A DNA stretch of 64,000 nt from Vicugna vicugna (lineage: Eukaryota). Of the stretch, positions 34,968 to 49,676 are shown in pieces; positions within the stretch are counted from its first letter, which is position 1; each line of letters starts with the position of its first letter. Both the position numbers and the translations under genes were made by a program. The notes under the pieces were generated by a model. That model was not told where the DNA came from. It did not search any database and saw only the letters and a program-made list of their open reading frames with translations. The stretch lies in contig MU058226.1 in the NCBI GenBank assembly GCA_013265495.1, positions 334,741 through 398,740 of the forward strand, in the 5' to 3' direction.

Positions 34968-36623
34968 GTCCCTACTGGGGTTCCCTCACCCACCTCCATT
35001 TTCTCCATCAAGGCCCTGGATCATTTGTTTCCACATGGCTACCCAATGGACACACTCCAAAATGGCCGGTGTACAGAGAATCCTGGTGCAGGGCTTGCTG
35101 TGGGGTGATGAGGAGAAAGGATGGGGGATATGGGTTAGATTTTTATTGTGGGGTCGGGCGGATAGGACAATGTATTTCAATAATAAAATACAGAAGGAAA
35201 ATTCAGTGTTTTTACACAAAGGGGCTTGAAGTGTGAGTAACATGGAATGAAGGGTGGGTAAGTGACCTTGAGCTCCGAGCAGAAGCCGGGAATTTAGAAG
35301 AGGGGTGCTTGTGATGGGGCTGCCATTTTTAGTGCTGGTTCACCGTTGAGCTGTCTTGCGCTCCATGTCGCATTTGCAGCCCAGCCGCAAGAGCCTGTCA
35401 GATCTGGGTGGGCCTGGGCAACGCTCTTGGGGCGGGGCTGAATTCAAAGACGGGGGGATGGGCGCGGCGTAGCAGGGCGGAATGGGCGTGACCTCGAGGA
35501 GCCCCGCCTCGTCCCGCTTAGACAATGCCCCGGAGCCGCCAGATCGTCGCGACCCCGCCCCACTGTAGTACTTGCGCTCGCCTACCCGGGGACCCCTCAA
35601 AGCCAAAGCTCCAACCCTCAAGGCTTGAAGACTAGGACTCTTCTTCACCAACTCTGTCCTCAGGGGGGTGGGGCCGCAGCCAAGATCACAGAGCGGCAGG
35701 AGTGGGGGTGGCCGCTAGAGGTGAGTCTGGGGTGGGAGGTGGCCCTTGGATCATGTGAGGGCCAGAGTTTGGGGGTGAGGGACCCGTGCTTGTGCTGGAC
35801 AGTGCGAAGGGTCGATATTTGGGTGCGGAGCTGAGTGGGAGTGGACTTTGGGGAAGATAGATCAGAAGACTTGGGGACCGGGTCCTGGTGCCCAGAGTGG
35901 CGCCGGCTCCCCAGAACCACGCCCCCGGTTTCCCCGCCCCTCGGATTTCGTTTTAGACCTCTCCCAGTCCTCCGGGACTCAGTCTGGTTTACACTGGGTC
36001 GCGGTAGGAACGGAGTGACCGGTCGGGGTGGAGAGAGGATGTTTAACTCCTTAGTCTCTAATTCCTCCCTCCTTGTCCCTCTCTCCCTTTCTCATTCGGA
36101 CGTTTAGGACTTCCATCCTCCAGGCCTTGACTCTCCCCAGCTGTCTCCTGACCCAAAACCTCTGTGGGCCCCTCGCCACAAGTCGGGTCCCTAAGGCAGC
36201 GAGCAGCTGAGGGTTAAGGGGGCGGGGCCGCTACATTTTTGGGGAGTGAGCGCATCCTAGCGGTTGCCAAGAGGGGCGCCTGGCAGGGACCTTTCGAAGC
36301 CCCCGAGCAGGGGCAACAGGTGTTTTGGAGATTAGGGATCCCGATCTTTTTCCTCGGACTCCCCCTAAAGCAGCAGACCCACGAGGGTGTGGGGTGGAGT
36401 GGGGTCGGCAGAAGAGGAACGTCTGGAGGGGGTGGGGTGGAGTGGGTGGGGCACCCGGAGATGGCAGGAGGAAGACCTGGGCGCTCTTAACCACCACCCC
36501 CTACACACTTTTCTGCATGTTTCTTTCTCTGCTTCCCCCCTTTCTTTTTCTTCTCCCAGACAGGTGAAGTAAAAAGAAAACTAAGAAATCAGCGCGGCCG
36601 GAGGGGGCGTCTGTGTGGATGGG

Positions 36624-38644
<2,021 letters not shown>

Positions 38645-39299
38645 GAGCCTGGCCTTGGGGTCCTGGCTGGCCAGGGGTAGGGTGGCACAGGAGTAGAAGG
38701 GGAAGGAGGATTCAATAGAGGATGGTGAACAGTAGTAGTGGGGAGAGGGCCCCAAGATGGAGGGAGGGCATAATGTAACGAAAAGGATAGGGGCCACTGG
38801 GTAAGTCCTTTCCCCAAGAACTAATAAAATAGAACTGACCTTTTAGACTGGGCTGTGACTGGTGTCTTACTGGGGCAGAAGGACAAGGGCAGGGCTGAAA
38901 CCTGAGGTTAGGTCAGTGCTGGGAAGGAGGCCTCTTTCATTCATCAAACCCTCTCTTGGCACTAACTCATGGTCCAGCCCTATCAGAGGTGTTTGGCCAC
39001 AAAATGGACAGGACAGAACTTCTGTGGTGGGGAGCACATACAGGGCAGAGAAGAGAAAATACGAGTGAATCAACCACTGCATTTATCTAAATGTCAGATG
39101 ATTCAGAGAATAGGAGATTAACAGTCCATCCGTAATTCATAGGAGGAAATAACATTTCCAGGGACATTTATTTTCACTCATTTACTGAAGCTTAGCAGTG
39201 ATACAAAAAGGGTTAATCTCTTGATATCAGGGAACTCATGGTACATGAAAATTTCTTATAAATTGAAATATGGGTTGTAATGGAGCAATTCACAGCAGG

Positions 39300-40450
39300 C
39301 TATGAGAGAAATAAGGGGACCCTCTAGGAAATCAAAGTGTATGCAGGGATGGGCAAAGAGGGACAGGGATCACTTCCCAGAAAAGGCTATGCTTGAACTG
39401 AGTCCTGAGGATAAATAATAGCCAGGCATGCAGTGGGAAGGAGACAAAGGGTAATTAATCTAGGAAGAAGGAACTGCATTGGGCAAATGCATATTTGGGG
39501 CTGGGGAGACTTTCTCTACAGCTGTCATGTTCTATGCATGTGAGTGACAGAGATAAGCCTGGAAAGTAGGTCGAGAGCTGTAGCACCTTGTACCCAAATC
39601 TGAGGACTGTGGACCCAGAGCTGAAATACTGCAGTTCTGAAACACAGGCGGTCAGGAGCAGGTTAGCATCTGGGAAAGATCTTAAGCAAGGGTAGGAGGA
39701 TGAGGTGGGGCTATGGGCAATCTAAGGAGGAAACGAGGAGATGAAATTCAGGTGGCAGTACTGGGCATGAAGAGGGTGTGGATTTGACTGTGACATTAAA
39801 ATAGAAAGGCAGGACTTGGTTAATTGTGTGGGAATGAGAGGTGTACATGACTCCCAGTTTCTGGCTTAGGCAACTGGGTTGATCAAGAGAGAATGCACAG
39901 GAGGAAGGGTTAAATTAAGTAAGTGGCTTGGGAGATGACGGTGAGTTGGGTTTTGGACCTGCTGTGTGCAAAATGCCTAGGGCCAGCCAGGCAGGGATGT
40001 CTGAGGGACAGTTTGGCAATCCCATATCAGGGATCTGAGCTAGAAAGAGTTCTGGCTGTTGTTTGCAGAGGTGAAGGCTGAGGACTGGCTGTTGATCATA
40101 GTGTCCCAGAAGAGGGAGAAGGCAGATAAAGACAGGGACAAACCTAGAATGGTGGGGAATACTGTAGGGGAGAGAGAGCAAGGAAGAGGATTCCAGAAGG
40201 AAGATATCAACATTAAAGAAAAACAGCTTAAAGATGAGAGTAATCAAAGGCCAAGCCAGATGAATGATAAAAAATGTCTACTGAGTGTAGCTATTAGGAC
40301 ATCACTGGCAATCTCATGGAGAGGGGGTGAGCAGTGGGAGTTGACTGAAGAAAATGGAAGAGCTAGGTGTAGGCCACTGGTGGAAAGAGCTTGACTGCGG
40401 AGAGAGGGAAAGAGAGAGGGCAGTAATCTAGGAGTTGTAGATACCTCAAC
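39300..40450 (+). mobile_element. Ancient L2-like fragments
   Basis: Purine-rich degraded sequence with L2-like phrases (ATGACTCCCAGTTTCTGGCTTAGGCAACTGG, GAGTTGGGTTTTGGAC). Boundaries approximate. Confidence 0.5.
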
Positions 40451-40695
40451 ATGGGGAAGCAGGGCTTGATCAGCTCTAGAAAGGAAATCAGTGGTGAAGG
40501 AGACATGAAAGTTGTGGGTAAGGAAGGAAGAAGATCAGTGACAGGGATAGCCTGGAGCCCAGCTCTCCTGACTCCCAGTCTAGTGCTCATTTCTATCTCA
40601 AAGTGTCTTCCTTTCCCACGTGAAGGGCCAAGAAGGGGAGGGTTATGGAGACCTGGGAGCCCCCAGCTTGTGAGGTTTGGAGTAAGGAGTTCCTT

Positions 40696-42406
40696 TCAAA
40701 CTACAACAGCATAGATGGTGGAGGCATCAGCTGGGGCCACTGGGGACAGTCGGCAGGGCCTTCTGAGGGCCATATGATCCAGGTCTGCGTACAGCAGGCT
40801 CTGAAAGGTGGGGAGGAAGGCAGGAGGGTCTCAGAAGTCTGACTCCCTTGGGGATCCAGGCCTCTGTCTTTCTTGATCCACTTTACCCAGGGATTCTGAC
40901 CAGCCTCCTTTCCATCCCCAAGCCCTTACCGACTCTTGATCCAGGCCCCCTGAAATCTTTGGCTCCTCCTCCTCTACTGGCCTCTGGGGCTCGGCTTTCA
41001 CGAGTGGAACTATGTGGGGGGGACAGAGCTGAAGAATTGAGAGAAGGTAACCAACTTGTCTGCTCCCAGCAAGGGCTAAGACTCCGGCATTGGGTAGGGA
41101 ATGTGCGGAGAAGGAAAATGGGGTGGAGTTAGTCTCACCAAATCTGGGCAGCGGTCGAGGCGGGTGAGGGGGCGAGGGCGGGTGAGGGGGCGAGCGCCTG
41201 TAAGGATGGATAAAAGTATTTGAGAGCCACCAGTCTTGTCTCGCTAGTCCTGGGCCCCAGGACTCACCAACAACAACCCACCAGCTCGGTGCAGGCTCAG
41301 ACCCACAAAACAATTTAAGCCCCACCCCCACAGATAGTTCCGCCCACGCTCTGAGCCTGCTCCGCCTCTAGCTCGCTTTCCTAGCCAGGGCTCCACCCAC
41401 CAGCTCGTGGCTTCGCCAAGCTCTGACCTCCTCCATTCTTCTCCAAACCAGACCCCAGGGCTCCAGATCAAGCTTTTGTCTGCAAAAGTTGTGGTCCTGC
41501 CCCTCCCGCCTCCGGTGAAATCCCGCCCCCGGTGAAATCCCGCCCCTCGTGCTCACCTGCGCAGCCACCAGACCAAGCCCAGCGCTCCGAGTCCCAGCAC
41601 CAACCCAACGCTTAGCAGCGGGATCAGGATCTGGGGATACACTGACCCGAAGGGAATGTTGGAGGCGGGGTGGCGGTGGATGCCAAGGTCAAGGGTGCGA
41701 GGACAGCTAGGTCTCCTACTCAGGAATCCCCAGCCACGGCCTCCCTCCCTGCCGGGGTCGTGTGTCCGGGTTAAGTCTCTTGTATATGAAGTCCTAGACC
41801 TACCTTGGGTAGGCTCCGGAGCTCTGCAATTGGCCAGATCCCCCAGCACGTGAAGCACCGTTCGACTCTCTCCCTGGTGCTGGCCCTTGCAGATAAAGGT
41901 GCCCGAGTCCCCGGTGCTCAGAAGCAGCTCCAGCCGCCTGATATCAAGGTCCAGAGCCCGTAGGCGACTAGCAAAGGGCTGAACGGGAGACGCGGTGGGG
42001 GTCCCGCTCGGTGAGGCCCACAGGATCGGGCGACGTCCTTTGGACAGACCCTTGCAGGCGGGGAAGCTAGGTGCCCAGACCCAGCGGCTGGGTTGCGATA
42101 CCCCTTCACAGGAGAGATTCACCCTGTCCCCAGGGCGGCCGACCAGGGAAGCTAGGGGAGGCCAGAGGTAGTGGTTAGGAAAAGTCCACAGGGCGAGACG
42201 ACCCCTCACTTACGTCTGCTCTCCTCTCGTTCCTTCTGCTCTCCAGCCATCCCGGATCTTCCCACACACATCCCACTCCTCCTAGTCATCCCCGCCCCCT
42301 GCCTCAGTCCTTCCTCGCCATTCTGACTTTCCCGGGATGGCTTACCCCCGGGGCTCCCGTGGGCCCTCGACAGCAGCAGCGGTAGCAGCTGCAGAACCAG
42401 GGCCAT
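40696..42406 (-). CDS. MPIG6B: Megakaryocyte and platelet inhibitory receptor G6b-B, about 245-247 aa
   Basis: Exons 42406-42346 (signal), 42151-41804 (IgV), 41647 or 41641-41557 (transmembrane), 41197-41139, 41009-40930, 40800-40696. ITIM LLYADL and ITSM TIYAVV. The exon 3 acceptor is atypical (see findings). Confidence 0.92.
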
Positions 42407-43739
42407 AGCTGGAATGTGATGGTAAGAGGCGGCGAATGAATCAGCGGAGGACACCGGAGGGAAACCGGAGGTGGGGGTGGACAGGGAGACCGCAGGTCTG
42501 GGGGCTCTGATAAGGGGTGAGGGCGGGGCCACCAGCTGCCCGGATCCCTCTGGGAATCTTCCCAGGCAAGTTCATAGCCCTCAACCAATGCTCACTTAAA
42601 ATTCCTAGTGGGGCCATTTTCACCAACACTACCGCAGACTTTAACAGCTGCAGCGTCGCAGGTGCCTAATACACCACGATTTCTAGATCCCCACTGAGTT
42701 GAAATCTTGACTTTGCCATATACTAGATGCATGATGTGCACAAGTCGTGTAATTTCTCTGGGCTTGTTGACATCATCTATAAAATGGGGATAAAAACACC
42801 TACCTTGTAGAGTATTGTGAGAATTAAGTAATACACCGAAAATGCCTAGAACAATGGCTGAGACATAGGAGCACTATGTACTTGCCATTATTACCATTTC
42901 TGTTCTTATTTTAGCTGCTACCTCACCTCTCTGTGCCCACACTGTCCCTCCCAGCCGTTAGTGCCGCGTCCAAATTGGCAGGTTTTGATTGAGGAGGTGC
43001 TTTGGAGCAGGTGCAAAGTCCCACACCCAGGACTTCATCAGCCCTCACCAGACTGGAGCAACCAAGTCCAGGCCAAGCCCAAGTGGAGCCAGAGCCAGGA
43101 CCTGAGAACCTTCAGGGGGCCTGAGGCAACCCTTCCTTAGCAGGCAGCTCCATCCCATGCCTCTGCTGCTATGACATCACAGAAGTCCTTGGTGACATCA
43201 CAAACCCTTCATCCCGTGGCTGAGCAGGGGTTGGGAAGACCAAGTAGGGGCTGAAATGAGGTTAATTTGGTGCTCAATTTCTGCCCACATGCCCCTACCA
43301 ATGCCCACCGGGGATTAAATTTGGCACTCAGCTTGGGCCATACCCCATTGTTCATTTCTCAGGAACCAGCAGATGCTACCACCACAGCCACTGTAACATC
43401 ACAGGGGCCTTTGGTGATACTTCTTCAGAGGACTAGGCAGGAGGGGATATTACTCTTGGGGGCCAGGAGGGTGTGTCTTGGACTGAAACCAAGAACCAAA
43501 ATGGAGTTGGCCACTAGTGCACCTACCCTCCCCACCTCTCTCTCCCATCCCCATCCCCACTCCCTCACTGGGCCCTGCTTAGCCCCTCCCTAAATGGGGA
43601 GGGAGGGGCCACCAGAGTCAGGAAAGGGAGGGACCGTTGGAATTATAAATTCCAAAAAGGCCACTCAACTCCCAGAACCCAACCCGGAAATTCTACTCTG
43701 TCGGCTGCTGCTACCACTACCACTTTCAAGACGCTCACC

Positions 43740-45918
43740 ATGAAGGGCTTTCTGCTGCTCATCCTGTCTGCTGTGCTCTGCTGGGTCTCAGGTGAGCACC
43801 TGGGGGCCCCCAAAGTCCTGGTTCACCTGGTCAGGACTTCCACACCCTGTCCCAGCCACTGCCCTACACTACCCACAACTCAAGATCCCCAGTGCCCCCA
43901 GACCCAACTGGCTCAGTTGACCCTGTGACAGAGTCCTTGCTCCATTTCTCAAGGACTCCAGTCTCCATCCTTCAGACTCCTCCCCACCAAAACCCACTCT
44001 TTTAACCTGCCCAGGGTTCCAGTTCCCCTGTTCCCCACTCCTTCTTGGAAACTCTGCTCTCCAGTTCCCCTGCCAGCCCCATTCCAATAATGAAACTCTC
44101 TAGGATGCAGCTTACCTGCTTCCTCCTCTCGCCACCTGCACTCAGCAGGGTGTTCTCTCAGAAATCTAGACATGCAGTCTGGGACTTCTTTTGCTCTCCA
44201 TCCTCCCTTCTACTCCATCAGGGACTTTGTGCTCAGTCCTTCAAGCAGTGGCTTTTCCTGATACGCTCTGCTCCTCCCTGGGGTGCATACCCCCAGGGAC
44301 ACAAGCTTTCTGGAGGGTTCCAGTGGCCCCTCAGAACCTCCCAGAGAACCAGGGAGATTTCCCAGCCTTCTAGGGAGGGAATACCGGGGCTGCTCACCCC
44401 CAGATGAGGTAGGTTTTCCTGAGTTGCAGTCCCAGGATCCTCCACCCATAGACTGAACCCTTTCTTCACTCAAACCTTAAATCAGCTGAGGCAGAAACTT
44501 TAAGAGGTGTCATCTTCTGCCCTCATCCTTCCATTTCGGTAAAGTGCTCAGATGGATTCCGATGATCTGTCTCCCAGATATTATTCCTTTCTGTCAGAGA
44601 GCTGCTGGGTTGGGAGGGTTCCATTCAGGTCTGGTTCTTCTTCCCACACTCTTGGCCACCCCTGGGTTGAAGGTTAAATTATTAAAGCTGGCCTCCGGTG
44701 GCTTTCTTGCCCACCTCAAGTTCCAAGCGATTTCTGCAAGTGTTGTAACGCCATGGTTTTTACTTTTTATATTTCTTCCTGTTTCAAGACTCCATCTGTG
44801 ATGTCTTCTGCATTCCTTCATCTTCTCCCTCACCTCCTCCATTCCTTCCCTGTGGTAGGCTCACATTCCGTCCCTCCCCAGCCCCATGTTTTTCTTGGTA
44901 ACTCTGCTCCTCCTGACTCATCTCCAGGTGGGGTGGGGTGAAGAAAGATGTTAGGGTGCAGGCTATTCACAGAGCAACAACTCCACCCTCACCCACTTCC
45001 ACTTCTGCGTCACTCACCTGCTCCATCCCTAGCAGACCAAACAGGTCAGAACACCTACTTGGCTCTTCTCCACCCTATCTCCCAGCTGGGCTCATCCCTA
45101 GGTGAGTCAGACGCTCCATCACCTCAGCATGACTTCTGTCTTCCCAGCTGACATTCGCTGTCACTCCTGCTACAAGGTCCCTGTGCTGGGCTGCGTGGAC
45201 CGGCAGTCCTGCCGCCTGGAACCAGGACACCAATGCCTGACAACAAATGTGTATCTCGGTAACATCCCTTCTCTAGTAGGGAGAGGGGTCCAGTGGGAGA
45301 CTATGGCTGGGGCTGAGGTGGAACAGAGAATTATAGCAATGATGGTAATTGGCCAAGGACTTTTGTGCTCCAGGCACCATTCCGTGTCTTTACATGGATT
45401 GTTTCAATTTCTGGTCATGACAACCCTAAGATGTGCTGCTATTGTTCTACTGAGGAAACAGCCTCAGAAAGAGACAGTAACTGGTCCAAGACTTCATGGC
45501 CAGCAAGTGATAGGACCAGGATTGGGGTGATGGGGCAAAGTAAGGAAGTGCAGGAGGTTAGACTGAGAAGAGATTCAGAAGGGCACGGCCAGGGGCAGAG
45601 TTGGGAAGGAAGGAAGCCTGGGTGGGGTGCAGGGGTGGGAAAGTGGACACAGGCATGCCAGGTGCCCACCTTAACTGGCTCCACTGGCCACTTCTAACCC
45701 CAGGTAAGATGTGGGTTTTCTCCAATCTCCGCTGCGGCACACCAGAAGAGCCCTGTCGGGAGGCCTTCAACCAAACCAGCCACAAGCTGGGCCTGACCTA
45801 TAACACTACCTGCTGCAACAAGGACAACTGCAATAGCCCAGCCCCTCGGCCCACCCCGGCCCTGGCCCTTGTCCTTGTCACCTCCTTGGCTGTCCTTGGC
45901 CTCTGGCTGTTGCACTGA
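43740..45918 (+). CDS. LY6G6C: Lymphocyte antigen 6 family member G6C, 125 aa
   Basis: Exons 43740-43791, 45148-45258, 45704-45918. ADIRCHSCYKVPVLGC...CCNKDNCN plus GPI-type hydrophobic tail. TATAAA at 43644, AATAAA at 46355. Confidence 0.95.
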
Positions 45919-46438
45919 AATCCACTCCGTGGTTGCCCCTCCTCCCACCTGCCTTGGCCTGAGCCTCTCTTCTTCTGTCTTTGTAACCTCTGCTTCCCTT
46001 TGCTCGGAAAAGCAACCCTCCAGACCCTTCACATTTCTTTGCTTAGACAGTGGTCTCCCGCTCCATCCTTCCACCCCACACCCTCCACTCTGCTTTTCCG
46101 GAGTCCTTCCCCATTTCCCTCAGACCACCCCAGATCCTCCATGGCCCCCTAAAAGGGCTCCCCCCTTTGCCTCCTGCACACTCCCATGCCCTCCTTGGGG
46201 AGGGATTGGAATCTGGGCTGGAAATGGGGGTTCTCCCCTGTCCCCAGTGAAGGCTCCCAAGAAGGACCTGATGACCTCATTGTATGAGCTGATTCCCCAC
46301 ACCCTGGCTGTCATATGTGCCCCAGCCTCATTCTCACCCCTTTCCATTTTGAATAATAAATGTCTGTATCTGATCAATTGTGCATTTTTGTCAGAAGATC
46401 TATTGACAGAAAAGCCGCCCACCCCACCCCCCACCCCA

Positions 46439-46564
46439 NNNNNNNNNNNNNNNNNNNNNNNNNNNNNNNNNNNNNNNNNNNNNNNNNNNNNNNNNNNNNN
46501 NNNNNNNNNNNNNNNNNNNNNNNNNNNNNNNNNNNNNNNNNNNNNNNNNNNNNNNNNNNNNNNN
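46439..46564. other. Assembly gap (126 N) flanked by (CCCCA)n
   Basis: Run of N with CCCCA-type repeats on both sides. Confidence 0.98.
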
Positions 46565-47374
46565 ACCCCACCCCACCCCGCCAGGAAATAACACTCTCAG
46601 ACCTCACCCCCATCAAAGAACCCCTCAGGGAGTTTTTCTGGGAGGCTGGGCTGCGACAAAAGGAGAAACAGGTTTTTCAGGCCTCCATCCCTCTTCCAGT
46701 GTCTGGGGGTGGCATACAGCTCCCAGTGTTTGGAGAAGCAATCCTTATCCTAAATTTAGGCCATACCTCTGATGTACTGTCAAGAAGGAGGTACAGCCTG
46801 GCTTGAGGGATCCCCAGAAAAGGTAGGAGAGTTGCATGGGGATGGGACATGGGACCCTCTTGCCAGGCCTCACTCCCTCAGGTTAGAGTCAGAGGCCTCC
46901 TGGCCAGGTAAGTGAGGCACATTTCCTTTCTCAATCCAAAATAGCCATACTGGGAGCTAAGTTGCAAATGGAGGAAAGGGGAACAAGCCCAGACAACCAG
47001 GCTAATTGATTCCTGGTGGCCCCCACTCAGCCCAGAGCCTGCTCCTCTCAGTTATCCTCATTGCTAAGGAAGATTCTCTCTAGCAACAGGATGTAGAAGC
47101 CACTTAGGGCAGATTCTCCATTGTCCTTTGGGGTTTAGTTGGCTGAGAAGTGCACCATTGTAACTAAGTCCACTGATCCTTGATGACCCCTAAACTCAAG
47201 CCTAGATGACCCCATATCACTCCTTCAGCCCTCCCATCAACAAAAGATGGAATTTTCCAGTCAGCTTTAGAGTGGTCGATAGATTTTAATGGCTCAAAGA
47301 GGAGTGTTTGTCTTCTCACTTCAGAGTGCCTTAGTTCCCTTGCTCCATTGCTCCCTTCCCTTCCCCGGCTCCCT

Positions 47375-48968
47375 CTACCCTCTCCACAGTCCCGGCAGGA
47401 GCCAGACCAGGGTGGTGGCCGCTGCGGCCAAGAGGTATGCAGGGGCCGCAGTGCTTGCCACAGCACTGTTGCACAGGTCTCCAACGCAGCAGTCCCTGTG
47501 GGTCGTATAAGTCACCTCTCCCACCACTTCTGTTTCCACTCGATTGCAATGATGGGCCGCCACGCAGGCTGGATGATGATGAATCAAGGTCACTGAGGCT
47601 GAGAGAGAGAATGACACTGGGGTGTTGGACACCTGGCTTGAGGACTTGCCTTCTGCGGCAGAGCAGATGTGACTTCAAGGAGCCCAAAGGGATCCTCTGC
47701 CCCCTCAAAAAACACCTCCCCGAAACCAAGTGATCACAGTTAACACGTTGACACTGTGAATCCCCTGATGGGATGCACTGAGAGGGACCAACATCATTTC
47801 TTGCCCAAATCTCATGAGCTCAATCTAATCATGAGAAAATATCAGATAAATCCAAATTGCAGGATGTTCTATAAAGTAACTTACCAGGACTCTTCAAAAG
47901 TGTCAAGATCATGGGGGAAAAAAAGGAAGATTCAGAAATGTCACAGAGAGGGGGCAACTAAGAAGACATGAGAGCTAAGTGCTATGTGGGCTCTTGGTTT
48001 GGGTTCTGTATCAGAAAAGGGACATGAGGGGGACAACCAGCTAAACTGAGTAAGGTCTGTAGAGTAGCTGGTAGTACTGTGCCAGTGTTATTTTCTGATT
48101 ATGCTAATTGTACTATGGCTTTATAAGATATTAACATTTGAGGAAGCCGGGTGAAGAATATACAGTACTATTCTGTACTATTTTTTCAACTTTTCTGTCA
48201 ATCTAAAATTATTTCAAAATTAAAAGTTGGGTGGAGGGCTGCTCCAGGAGCAGTAGGCAGGACCCAGTGCTTTGGATCCTCTCCCCTCAACCAAAAATTG
48301 ATTAATCAATTAATTAAAATTAAAATTCACACACACACACCCCTCTGGGATCCTTAACTGATGCCTGCAATTTGAAGTTTGGTTGAATATTTTGGTCCTT
48401 CAAGGGACACAGCTTTTCCAACCATTTGTGAGTGAATGGGCCTATGAGATTCTGGAGAGTCAAAAGGAGGGAGGTGGGGCTACACAGATGGCGGGCTTCC
48501 GGGGCTCGGCGCCAGGAGCCAGAAGGGGCTACAGACTGCTCCACTCCGACAATGGCACCATCTGCCCAGAGCCAGACTGAGCCTGGAAGGTTCTGGAAGC
48601 CAGAAGGACTGAGGGATGGGCTGGAGGCAGGGAGGGGCTGGGAGGAAGGGGGAGAAACTGAGGACTCACGGTTTCCAGACAGCTTGGTCTGTCCCACGTC
48701 CCCTTTGGGTTTGCGCTCCAGGAAGCCACAGCGTTCGCCCTCTCCACAAGTGGTCACGGTCTCTTGGCAGGAGCCGCTGGGGCCTCCACCGCAGTCGTAG
48801 CACCGCATGCGGTTTCCTGGCAGGAGAGAAGAGGTGCCGGACCTGGGCTCTCAAGGGAGCCGCTGGCAGAAGGGGACGGGCCTGTGTGAGAGGCGCCTGG
48901 GCTGCCTCCTTACCCAAGGCAGCCCCCAGCAGGGTGCTGAGTAGGATCCCGACAAATAGGGGGTTCAT
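47375..48968 (-). CDS. LY6G6D: Lymphocyte antigen 6 family member G6D, 141 aa
   Basis: Exons 48968-48914, 48816-48670, 47598-47375. MNPLFVGILLSTLLGAALGNRMRCYDC...RDCCVGDLCN plus GPI-type signal. Confidence 0.94.
47740..48228 (+). mobile_element. Old L1M-type 3'-end fragment in LY6G6D intron
   Basis: GGAAGCCGGGTGAAGAATATA...TTTTTCAACTTTTCTGTCAATCTAAAATTATTTCAAAATTAAAAGTT resembles L1M 3' termini. Boundaries approximate. Confidence 0.6.
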
Positions 48969-49189
48969 CGTGTCTGCCTGTGTCCAGAGCGCCTCTCCCT
49001 CCCTCCCACCCCCCTCCCTGGCCCTGCTCTGCCAGCCTTTTATCCCCCTGGCCTTGGGCTTTATAGGGCAATAAAAGGGGAGGAAAGAGTCTCCCCCAGC
49101 ATGCACCGGGGCCCCAATGGGGTCAGGGAGGGGCCCCCACAGGAGTCCCCACATTCCTCTGAAGTCCTCAAACTCCTCCACCTCAGAAA

Positions 49190-49676
49190 CAGTTCTAAAA
49201 CGGTGGCCCCAGAACTCCTGGGGGTCTCTAAGACCCTTTGAGAGGGTCCTCGACAGTCTTCCAACGACTTATCTGTGTGAGGTCAGATTTTCACCATAAC
49301 CTCAACCAAAATAACGCATCCCAGCAGGTTGAATGCAGAAGCAGATGTGAAAACCCAGTCATCTTCTGGTTCTTCTATTAAGCCTGACATTAAATAGATT
49401 CTCCCAAGGATAAAGCAACGCCACTCTTCTTACTGTATTGTTGGGTAAGAGGCTATTTTTCACAAAACCATGTTTTGTTAACATGTAATAGGTTTATTGG
49501 TTTTTTATTTTTATTTTTTATTTTTAAATTTTTAAATAAACCTATCACACTGTTCTATTTCGATTTCTAGTATAACAAATAGCGATATAACTTACATAAG
49601 AAAAGCTCTTTGGGGTCTTCAGTAATTTTTGAGTGTAAAGAGGTTCTGAGATGAAAAATGTTTTTGAAAACTGTTG
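49190..49676 (+). mobile_element. hAT-Charlie1-like DNA transposon relic
   Basis: GGGGTCTCTAAGACCCTTTGAGAGGGTCC near the 5' end and AATGCAGAAGCAGATGTGAAAACCCAG...ATTAAGCCTGACATTAAA internally, similar to the Charlie1 consensus as recalled. Confidence 0.55.

Noticed and set aside
45869..46806. Long ORFs across the N gap
   Set aside because: Artefacts of the LY6G6C 3'UTR plus translated Ns.
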